Assembly: GCA_951406725.2 (NCBI GenBank)
Contig: OX597826.1
Span: 56,234,001 to 56,298,000, forward strand
Direction: 5' to 3'
DNA: 64,000 bases
Source of the DNA: Octopus vulgaris
Taxonomy: Eukaryota
The notes under the pieces are model-generated. The model searched no databases and was not told the DNA's origin. It saw only the letters and a program-made list of their open reading frames with translations. Numbering within the stretch: position 1 is the stretch's first letter; every line of letters starts with the position of its first letter. The position numbers and the translations under genes are program-made. Positions 53,043-64,000 of the stretch are shown in pieces.

Positions 53043-54342
53043 TTATGGCTGCCCCCTCGTTATCGAGTATGGCCATTGCACGAAGCTTAACTGTTACTGG
53101 TGCTGTGATTGAATGTGACTTTTTAGCCCAGCTAAAGATCTACAATGTCTTGTACAAAATTGGCAATAGCTGGCTGTAGTTGTAACTGGGCTTCATGTAC
53201 CTTTGCGTGTCGTTTAAGTCCTCCTGCCGAATTACACTCTCTTCCACATCCCCGACAGATATGATTAGTATGGTGTGTTACACCACCACCAGTGACCAGG
53301 TTGTCACTCATCTGTCTCGTTTTATGACTACGAAGATGACTCTTGAGTCCAGCTTTACTGAGGCAGGGTCTTGCACAGGCATTGCATGTCAGCATCAAAG
53401 GAAGACCCTTCCCTTCTGGAAGGGTAACAGCGATGCCCTTCCTGACATCCCTCCTTACTTTCTCATGTGCAACTCGAGATTTCTCAAAAGTGGCTGTCCC
53501 CTCATGCACAATCCTTCTCCACCTGCTACGATCAATAGCTATGCCTTCCCATGTGTCAGGAGAGATGCAAGCATCCGTTTAGTAAGCCTTCAGCAAGTCC
53601 TTATACCTCTCTTTTTGTTTATGTGGAGGTCGTTTTCCTTTAGCTAACTCTCCATAAAAGAGTTGTTTTGGCATCCTTGAATTCTTCATTCTGACCAGAT
53701 GACCACTCCATCTGAGCCTTTGCTTTAACACAAGAGCTTCTATACTTTCACACCGAGAGCCTTCCAATATTTCAAGATCACTGATGCGGTCCTTCCACTT
53801 AATGCCATAGATCTGTCTGAGGCACATCTGATGGAAACGTTCCAGTTGTTTAAGGTGGTATCGATATGTGACCCACGTCTCGCAAGCATAGAGAAGAGAA
53901 GGGAGCACACATGCCTTGTACACCTTTATCTTTGTCTTTCTGCATATGTCTCGCCGACTCCAGAGGCGCTTTTCTAGCCTTCGGAAAGCAACACTTGCTT
54001 TCCTAATTCTATATGGAATTTCATCATCCACATTGCCATATCTATTAATAGTGCTTCCCAGGTAGACAAACTGATCAACTAAATCAAATCGTTTACCATA
54101 CACATAGATATTTGGTACACTATACTGCTTACCAGGGGCAGGTTGATGCATGACAACAGTTTTCTTGAGATTGACTGTCAATCCTAAGGCAGTGCAAGCA
54201 TCAGAGAATGCATTCAAAATGTGTTGCATATCAATCTGTGTGTGTGCTACTAGCTCACAATCATCTGCATACAAAAGGTCTCTTATGATAGAAGTAAATA
54301 CCTTTGTTTTTGCAGCAAGGTGCTTGTGCAGTTTCTGAATGC
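53043..54342 (-). mobile_element. 5'-truncated RTE-clade LINE (RT C-terminal half plus two C2H2 fingers), one premature stop
   Basis: LLYADDCELVAH, FVYLGSTI, LLYACETW, LRWSGHLVRM and PKQLFYGEL. ORFs 53579-54469 and 53132-53509 are in the same frame. Fingers CNACARPCLSKAGLKSHLRSH and CRGCGRECNSAGGLKRHAKVH. Confidence 0.92.
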
Positions 54343-54760
54343 AATACATACATGCATGCATACGTACATACATACATGCATGCATACATACATACATGCA
54401 TACACATACATACACATACATACATACATACATACATACATACATACATACATACATACATACATACATACAACAGTTGAGATCCGGAGATTCTGGACAA
54501 AAGAATGGCTATAGTACTTTGCGTAAAATGGATCTAATAATGTAAATATCTACATATACATACGTATAAATAGATTTATATGTAAATAGCAAGTCGAAAA
54601 ACTCTTTTGAATATAAAAAGTAGAAGGCTGCCACTGGGGCCCATGGGCAACTTTCGATTTTTTTTCTGTCCAAAAGAGTTTTCCAACCTAATAGTCGCAT
54701 GCTATTACTTTCAAAACCAATAAACAAAAAATTATCTATCTACTCATTTACGAGATAGAT

Positions 54761-54810
<50 letters not shown>

Positions 54811-54837
54811 GATAGACAGACAGACAGACAGACAGGC

Positions 54838-54907
<70 letters not shown>

Positions 54908-55015
54908 ATAGATAGACGGACAGACAGATTGACTTATTGATAAATTGACTGATTGATTGATTGATTGGTCAATTGATTGATATGCTCCAAGAGCTTTATT
55001 GAATGTATACACACA

Positions 55016-55078
<63 letters not shown>

Positions 55079-55512
55079 GCACACACTGGCCATTGTATTT
55101 ATAGAAAACTATGGCAATAGCAGTGTAGTTGGAACATTTAATATCAATAATAACAATGAAAGAATTGTTGAAATATTACCTTGGAAAATTTAGTCCTGAT
55201 ATTTCTGTCAAAATATCTCTTTCAAAAACGTTAGCAGATCAAGAATGAATGACCAGCCACATGTATTACTGGTTTATATTTCTATTTCTATGGTCATGTG
55301 AGATGATTGACCTCAGCACATGCCTTGTACTTGTTATGTCCATACTGGAGTAACAACAAGCAATCTTGACTCTTGTGGAATTTGAAAAGAGAACGTGCAT
55401 GTGCAGGACTATTTAATGCCTAGGCATCCAAACTGGAAATCTTCCACTTCCGTCCACTATATACCGAATTTATTATGTTCTCTTGCCCTCTGTCTCTGTC
55501 TGTATCTCTCGC

Positions 55513-55602
<90 letters not shown>

Positions 55603-55789
55603 ATAGGCACAGATACATATTTACACAGATACAAACATTTATACATACATACAGATTCTCCTCTAGACCGTACCCGACACCAACCTTCATATTAACACCT
55701 ACGGCTCAGTCGCTAACCAAATAGAGGCACCCGCTGAATCGTCCCTGGAAAAGTCTGCTGGAAAAAACAGCCAGATCTCCCTTACATAC

Positions 55790-56010
55790 TACCTATTTCT
55801 TTATTACCCACAAGGGGCTAAACACAGAGCGGACAAACAAGGACATACATAGGTATTAAGTCGATTACATCGACTCCAGTGCGTAACTGGTACTTATTTA
55901 ATCGACCTCGAAAGGATGAAAGGCAAAGTCGACCTCGGCGGAATTTGAACTCACAACATAACGGCAGACGAAATACCGCTAAGCATTTCGCCAGGCGTGC
56001 TAACGTTTCT
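55790..56010 (-). mobile_element. SINE family B
   Basis: cctatttctttattacccacaaggggctaaacacagag...ggcgtgctaacgtttct. Confidence 0.9.
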
Positions 56011-56209
56011 CACGCACTAAGTCTTGCAATAGACGCACTCGATAATATAGTCCTCTATTGCGAGAAACTGTGTAGATAAGCGCTTCTCAAAGCGGATGAT
56101 ATCGCCCCTGAGACGGTAGAACATTTATTTTATGAGTACTAGTGTCAAACAGGGCGGTAAGAAGAGCGGCGGATGAATCCGTGCAATTTTTTGCTTCCTA
56201 TTTAAATAT

Positions 56210-56435
56210 AGGTTTCAAACTTTGGCGCAAGGCCAGCAATTTTAGGGGTAAGGAGTAAGTCGATTACAGGAACCCTAGTGTTCAATTGGTACTTAATTCA
56301 TTGACCCCCGAAAGAATAAAAGGCAAAGTCGACCTCTACAGAATTTGAACACAGAACGTAGAGACGGACGAAATGCTGAAATGTCGTAAAGCATTTTTCC
56401 CGGTGTGTTAACGATTCTGTTTGCTCACCGTCTTG
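56210..56435 (-). mobile_element. SINE family B with 15-bp TSD
   Basis: ttcctatttaaatat at 56195-56209 and 56437-56451. Confidence 0.85.
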
Positions 56436-56794
56436 TTTCCTATTTAAATATCAACTTCAAAAATAATTTAAATGTAAAATTATCATAAATAACAACGCCA
56501 TTATAGGTAATAATAGCAGGCTTCTAAAAGTGACTAAATCAATAAGCAAAACTGAATATATACCACATGTGCATGTCAATTATAAACAATAAGCTAAAGT
56601 ATAACGTAAAATATATTGTCAAAATTGGTTGGTATTTTCATACATCAGATAAAGACAACCAATGCACCTGTAGTGTTAAGTAATATTCTAACTTTTGCCT
56701 GTGTAATATACATGCATACAAATAAGCTTGATTTTATTGATTCTAGCTACGAATGTTAGAGCTGTTCTTCTCATAATCTACCCATTGTTTAAAC

Positions 56795-57049
56795 TAGTAG
56801 TTCTCAACCGAAGTCCATATAAGCTTTGGGGAGTCCATATAAAATTTTGTTGTTAAAATTGATGAGCAATAACTTGGTTATACTTCTGCAATACGCAAAA
56901 TATTTTAAGAATCTTTTAGACAACTCCGTATAATATTTCATTAAAAAAATATAAGATATTTTAAACATTGAATGGCTATGTGGGCCCACCCGATTAAATT
57001 TAGAATCAAAGAGTTCCATAGGCGAAAAGAAAAGGGTTGAGAAACACTG
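56795..57049. mobile_element. hAT/Charlie-type MITE
   Basis: TIRs tagtagttctcaacc / ggttgagaaacactg. The 8-bp flanks gtttaaac / gtatacac match at 6 of 8 positions. Confidence 0.7.
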
Positions 57050-57285
57050 GTATACACAGATGTGTGTAAATATATCTGTGTGAATATGTGTGTAAATATA
57101 TCTGTGTGAATATGTGTGTAATTATGTTCATTGGGGAGAGAAATCAAAGTAAGTATGTATGAAAACAGAAAATACAGTTTTAAATTGGAATATGTATAAA
57201 GATATTTCAACTGGTAGCTACGAAGGTATACTTGCCTGAGTTTGGCTGGATTCTGCTAGCTCACCGTCTTAGATTTAATTAATTA

Positions 57286-58440
57286 TCCTTTCTACTGTAG
57301 GCACAAGGCCTGAGAATTTGGGAGAAGGGCTAGTCGATTACATCGACCCCAGTGCGCAAGTGGTACTTATACCATCGAAAGGCGGCGAGCTGGCAAAAAC
57401 GTTAGCACGCCGGGCGAAATGCGTAGCCGTATTTCGTCTGCCGTTACGTTCTGAGTTCAAATTCCGCCGAGGTCGACTTTGCCTTTCATCCTTTCGGGGT
57501 CGATAAATAAAGTACCAGTTACGCACTGGGGTAGATATAATGGACTTAATCCGTTTGTCTGTCCTTGTTTGTCCTCTCTGTGTTTAGCCCCTTGTGGGTA
57601 GTAAAGAAATAGGTACTTATACCATCGATCCTGAAAGGTTGAAGGGCAAAGTCGACGTCGGCAGAATTTGAACTCAGAACATAAAAGAGGACGTCCAGTG
57701 TGCTAACGATTCTGCCAGCTCGCAGCCTTGTAGCTAATTAACCCTTTTTTTATTATAGGCACATGGCCTGAAATTTGGGTGAAGGACATAGTCATGTAAT
57801 CGACCCCAGTGTTTCACTGGTATTTGATTTATCGGCCACGAAGGGATGAAAGACAAAGACGATCTCGGCGGAATTTGAACTCAGAACATAGCGGCAGACG
57901 AAATAGCGTTAAGCATTTTGCCCGGCGTGCTAACATTTCTGCCAGCTCGCCGCTTTTTGTCACTAATTAATAATCTTTTCTATTATAGGCACAAGGCCTG
58001 AAATTTGGGGGGAGGGGGTAGTCGATTACATCGACCCCAGTACTCAACTGGTTCTTAATTTATCGACCCCGAAAGTATAAAAGGTAAAGTCGACCACAGC
58101 AGAATTTGAACTCAGAACGTAGCGATAGGCGAAATAACGCTAAGCATTTCACCCGACGTGCTAACCATTCAGCCACTCGCCGTCTTTTGTGGCTAATTAA
58201 TAATATATTTCTTTACTACCCACAAGGGAGTAAACACAGAGGGGACAAACAAGGACAGACAAACGGATTAAGTCGATTACATCGACCCCAGTGCGTAACT
58301 GGTATTTAATTTATCGACCCCTAAAGTATAAAAGGTAAAGTCGACCGCAGCAGAATTTGAACTCAGAACGTAGCGATGAGCGAAATAACGCTAAGCATTT
58401 CGCCCGACGTGCTAACCATTCAGCCACTCGCCGTCTTTTT
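57286..58440 (-). mobile_element. Head-to-tail array of four SINE family B copies
   Basis: Units at ~57286-57730 (interrupted), 57745-57955, 57975-58185 and 58207-58435, separated by ..ctaattaa spacers. Confidence 0.88.
57379..57611 (+). mobile_element. Young full-length SINE family B inserted antisense into another B copy
   Basis: 17-bp TSD ggtacttataccatcga at 57362-57378 and 57612-57628. Confidence 0.95.
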
Positions 58441-58455
58441 TTGGCTATTTAATAA

Positions 58456-58824
58456 TAACAAGTGCACTCAGAGAGCGCAAACCTCCGCCAAGGCAACACT
58501 AACGTCCGCTCAACGATTAGCTAGAGATGATTTTTAAAATGAGAATATCTGAAATAAACTCAACAGCTCTCACAAACTAGAATACTAACAATCAACCGAA
58601 CCGCTCTCAAAACTTAAGTAAAAGCAAAAGGAAAAATAAACCAGAATCTTTGTCCGGTAACGAATCGATCCTAAAATCTAATCAATTCGTGCCAGTCACG
58701 AGGTCAATCATCACTGAAAGTTTCATTCGAATCTATTCAGCGGTTCTTGAGAGATCTTGAACACGGACAACCAAACAAACACGACTGAAAACAATATGTC
58801 TGCCTTCGCTAAGGCGGAGGTAAT
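58456..58824 (-). mobile_element. Helentron-associated non-autonomous element (HINE/DINE-1-like)
   Basis: Subterminal inverted repeat acctccgcc / ggcggaggt, 3' stem-loop gcgctc-tct-gagtgc, and TT-rich flanks on the element strand. Confidence 0.7.
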
Positions 58825-58864
58825 AACAGAAACAGCTAGATACACACACATATCTATCTTTTAT

Positions 58865-59252
58865 CTTTTATCTTTTACTTGTTTCAGTCATTTGACTGCT
58901 GCGGCCATGCTGGAGCACCGCCTTTAGTCGAGCAACTCGACCCCGGGACTTATTCTTTGTAAGCTCAGTACTTATTCTATCGGTCTCTTTTGACGAACCG
59001 CTAAGTGACGGCGACGTAAACACACCAGCATCGGTTGTCAAGCAATGCCAGGGGGCACAAACACACACATATATATATATACCTATATACGACAGGCTTC
59101 TTTCAGTTTCCGTCCACCAAATCCACTCACAAGGCATTGGTTGGCCCGAGGCTATAGCAGAAGACACTTGCCCAAGGTGCCACGCAGTGGGACTGAACCC
59201 GGAACCATGTGGTTGGTAAGCAAGCTACTTACCACACAGCCACTCCTGCGCC
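58865..59252 (-). mobile_element. Full-length SINE family A
   Basis: Reverse complement of 26636-27052. Confidence 0.92.
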
Positions 59253-59329
59253 TATGTGATGGTTTCGTAAATATGATCTTCTTTTAGAGGTTTCGGCTAA
59301 TGACAATTCTTACCAAAGCATGAAACACC

Positions 59330-59687
59330 AACATACACACATACGTACATACATACATACATACATACATACATACATACATACATACATACATACATAC
59401 ATGCATGCATGCATGCATGCATATACATACATACATACATACATACATACATACATACATACACACACATATATATATATACGTACGTGCATACACACAC
59501 ACACATACACATGCGCACGTATATAGCTGTTTGCATGTTAAGATTTTTGAGCTTTTCTAAAATTGGAAGTTCCAAATAATGATACACACAGACACACGTA
59601 CATATGCATACACACAGACACAGATACACACTCACATTCATACACACACACACGACCACATTCATATGCATGTACATATATACATAT

Positions 59688-59753
<66 letters not shown>

Positions 59754-59890
59754 ACGCATGCATATACACGCAGACACATGTAAACACACATGCTTACATT
59801 CATACATATACACACTCAAACACACACACATACATACATACATACATACATGCAAACATGCACACATATATACATACATATGTACACAAT
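59330..59890. repeat. (CATA)n/(CA)n/(TA)n compound microsatellite
   Basis: Direct inspection. Confidence 0.9.
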
Positions 59891-60253
59891 ACCATTTCAA
59901 ATAACCAGAATTCTATTCAAAGACAGACAAAGCAGCAAGAACTTCCAGCTGTATGTTATGGATTCCGTGTCGGAATCTGTTGAAATTTCAGCTGCTAAGT
60001 AAGTTTTTTTCATCATCTTATATACACATATGCTATATACAAACATATGCACATATGCATATATACATACATACATACATACATACATGTATACACATGC
60101 ATAAATATACGCATATGTATACGTATATATACAAAACTCACTCTGTCTTTCTCTGTTACTCTGTTTTTCTCTCTTCCTCCCTCTGTCTCTCTCTGCCTGT
60201 CTCTGTCTCTGTCTATCTGTCTCTCTCTTTCTCTCTCTCTCTCTTTCCCGCTC

Positions 60254-60285
<32 letters not shown>

Positions 60286-60426
60286 GAAAGATAATATTTA
60301 AACTGGGTTAAGTCAAGTAGAAAGTTGTTGATCTAGTACTTTCTAACTTGTTCAACATCTTTATCTTAGACAGCAACGGTTTGCTTATTATCATTATTAT
60401 TATTACCATTATTACTATTATTACTA

Positions 60427-60463
<37 letters not shown>

Positions 60464-61174
60464 CATTATTATTATTATTATTATTAAAGGGAGTGGATGG
60501 ACCTCGCACCATTAGCAGTATGTGTTGCGAGAGAAAGACAAACAGACGTACAGACAGATAGACAGATACATAGACAGACAGACAGACAGACAGGCAGACA
60601 GACGTACAGGCTGACAGACAGACAGACAGACAGAGGCAATTGCTGGTTGTTCGTTTGTTCGCTAATTCAACAAAACGTAAGGTAAAAAGTTTGTTATCAT
60701 AATTTACCTAACTGTTACTTACAAGACAGTAAATTTCAAATGGATGGATTTCGTGATGGCGGTGGCGGTGGTGGTGTTGGTGGTGTTGGTGGTGGTATTA
60801 GGGTCTAGAATTTATTGCTATTCTTGTATGTTATGTTGAGTTTTCTTTCATTTGTTTTCTGCTTTTTTTTTTTTCAATTTTGTCTTCCATTTTTGTTTCT
60901 TTGTGTTGTTATTTTGGGGGTATTTTTCGGGGTGGAGTTCTTTTTAAGTGAGACGGAAAGAAAATTGAAGGTTTGGAAGGGGTTCCTTTTTTTTCTCTCT
61001 CTTTTTCTCTGTATGTGCGTGCGTGTTTGTGTGTGTATTTGTGTATGTATGTGTGTTGTGTGTGTGTATATGTGCATGCTCGTATGTGTGAGTATGTTTG
61101 ACTGAGCGTGACATTGTATGTATTTGTGCGTCTATGTGTGTGTGTGTGTGTGTATGGCTGAGTGTTTGTGCACA

Positions 61175-61293
<119 letters not shown>

Positions 61294-61499
61294 TTTTGGC
61301 AAGGAATGGTGAGATGTATTGTTTGAAAATTTTGAATCTTCAAAATTGACAACTGAAACCAAACATTGCATCAACTGTCTGCAGTTTGGCATGTCTCAGA
61401 CATTCTTTACAGTGCATTCCAGAAAAAATGGGGAAGATAAATAAGAGAAGAGAAAGAGGGAGAAAAATTGAATGACAGAAAGAGAGAGAGTGTGAGAGT

Positions 61500-61535
<36 letters not shown>

Positions 61536-61619
61536 AGTAATACTTTGTCTTTTATTTTTCTTCCTCTAAGATTTAAGGCAAAATAAATATGTTAAGAAAA
61601 TATTCGGTTCTCTAGTTTT

Positions 61620-61652
<33 letters not shown>

Positions 61653-61899
61653 TGTGTGTGTGCGTGTGTGTGTCTGTGTGTGTATGTGTATGTGCGTGTG
61701 CGCGCGAGTAAGTGTGTGTGTGTGTGTGCGCGCGCGCGTATGTGTGTGTGTGTATACAGAAACATATATGTGTATAATATATCTATCTATATATAGGGAG
61801 AGAGAGAGAGGGGAGGCAGAGAGTGACAGTCAATCAGATAGACAGACACACACATACACTGATACACAGACACACAGACATCATGACAGACAGGCTGTC

Positions 61900-62170
<271 letters not shown>

Positions 62171-62313
62171 TTCAGCCTGAAATACTCGGCATTACAACAA
62201 ACAACGCATCGCTGAAAATTGCTCATTGTCGCACACCACAAGGTATATTGTACAATGTACAATTTAATATTGTTTTAGTATACCTACCACATCAATTTCA
62301 TTCTTCTATCTTC

Positions 62314-62383
<70 letters not shown>

Positions 62384-62582
62384 CTCTTTCCTTCATTCCT
62401 GTTTCCTTCATGCTTTCTTATTCCTTTCTTCATCCATTGTATTTCTTATCTTTATTCTTCCTTCACACCTCTTCTTCCTTTTCTGTATATTTCTTCATGG
62501 TCAGTTCTCTATTTTTCATCCTTTTCTTTCTCTTTGTTTCCATTCTCTACTACATCCATCTTTTATTATTTCTATACCTTAG

Positions 62583-63505
62583 AGCGGTGAACTGGCAGAA
62601 TCGCTTGCACGCCGGGCAAAATATTTGCAACATTTCGTCCATCTTTACGTTCTGAGTTCAAATTGCGCCGAGGTCGATTTGCTTTTAATCCTTTCTGAGT
62701 CGATAAATTAAGCACCAGTGAACCACTTGGGTCGATGTAATCGACAAGCCCCTTCCTCAAAAAATTTAGACCTTGTGCCTTTAGTAGAAAGGATTATTTT
62801 TGTCCTTTAAGGCGGCCAACTGGTAGAATTGTTAGCGCGCTGGGCAAGATGCTTATCAGCATTCCGTTCGTTTTCTTGTTCTGAGTTCAAATTCCGCCAA
62901 GATCCACTTTGTTTTTCCCCCCTTCCGAGATCGATAAAATAAGAAAACATTTGGGTCGCTGTAATCGATTTACCCTTCCTCCGAATTATTCTTCAACTTC
63001 AATCGCTATAGATATCAATTCTTTCACTTATTCTTCAACTTTTCTTCAAGAGTGGTGGATTGGCAGAATCGTTTTGCGCTATTTCTGTCGGATCTAAGTT
63101 CAAATCTCACTATGGTCAACGTTATCAAGTTTACTTTTCATCCGTTTCAGATCGAAAAGTTCTAGTTAAGGAGTGAATTTTGTGTCATTGACTAATTATC
63201 TCTCCTAATTAAAATAGTTAGAAAGCGATAAAATAGTTAGAAAGCCGGATTATTAATAGTTCGTAGTATTTTTATATCGAGTTCAAATCTTTTGTTTCAG
63301 GGTGATGATGTTAAACATAATGAAGGCAACGAACAGAAAGAATCTTTAACACGCCATACAAAATGCTTAACGCTCTGAGTTCAAATTCCGCCGCGGTAAA
63401 CTTTGGCTTTCATCCTTTCGGGGCCGATAAATTAAGTACTAGTTGCATACTGGAGGTTGATATAATCGACTTAGCTCCTCCCTTAAAATTTCAGGCCTTG
63501 TGCCT
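62583..63505 (+). mobile_element. Cluster of 4-5 degraded SINE family B copies in the same orientation
   Basis: Repeated ctggcagaat / gagttcaaat motifs at ~62590, 62820, 63060, 63280 and 63375. Confidence 0.8.
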
Positions 63506-63597
63506 TGTTGTTGATTAGTCCACATTACTCCGTTTCTCTGGTGCATATAATCCCTCATTGGATAGGTCGCCTGTCCATCGCAGAATTACTTATTTCT

Positions 63598-63986
63598 GGA
63601 TGGAAGCACTCCGTCGGTTACGACGACGAGGATTCCGGTTGATCCGAATCAACGGAACAGCCTGCTCGTGAAATTAACGTGTAAGTGGCTGAGCACTCCG
63701 CAGACACGTGTACCCTTAACGTAGTTCTCAGGGATATTCAGCGTGACACAGAGAGTGACAAGGCCGGCCCTTTGAAATACAAGGTACAACAGAAACAGGA
63801 AGTAATAGTGAGAGAAAGTTGTGGTGAAAGAGTACAGCAGGGATCACCACCATCCCCTGCCGGAGCCTCGTGGAGCTTTAGGTGTTTTCGCTCAATAAAC
63901 ACTCACAACGCCCGGTCTAGGAATCGAAACCGCGATCCTATGACCGCGAGTCCGCTGCCCTAACCACTGGGCCATTGCGCCTCCAC
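63598..63986 (-). mobile_element. SINE with family C head and alternative tail, 10-bp TSD
   Basis: gtggaggcgcaatggcccagtggttagggcagcggactcgcggtc head. TSD acttatttct at 63588-63597 and 63987-63996. Confidence 0.88.
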
Positions 63987-64000
63987 ACTTATTTCTACCA

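Noticed and set aside
53132-53509. Host C2H2 zinc-finger gene
   Set aside because: In frame with the RTE reverse transcriptase, so it is the LINE C-terminus.

Overview
Eukaryotic, repeat-saturated non-coding DNA (intron or intergenic). The SINE repertoire and the (CATA)n/(TA)n/(GATA)n/(ATT)n load suggest an octopus genome, which is an inference. No intact host gene is recognisable, and nearly all long ORFs in the track are microsatellite translations. The window holds dozens of tRNA-derived SINE copies from about four families (called A-D here), decayed CR1-type, R4/Dong-type and RTE LINEs, several Tc1/mariner elements including foldback derivatives, a hAT MITE and a Helentron-type HINE. The least expected signal is a set of short non-coding elements, most of them in or beside (TA)n/(CATA)n tracts, carrying minimal hammerhead-ribozyme motifs. 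Across them the core 3-8 base pair covaries (C-G, U-A, G-C). There is also an 810-nt-period, retrozyme-like direct-repeat element whose hammerhead strands occur in a non-standard order. All RNA structures were folded by eye and are untested, and repeat boundaries are approximate unless a TSD or TIR is quoted.
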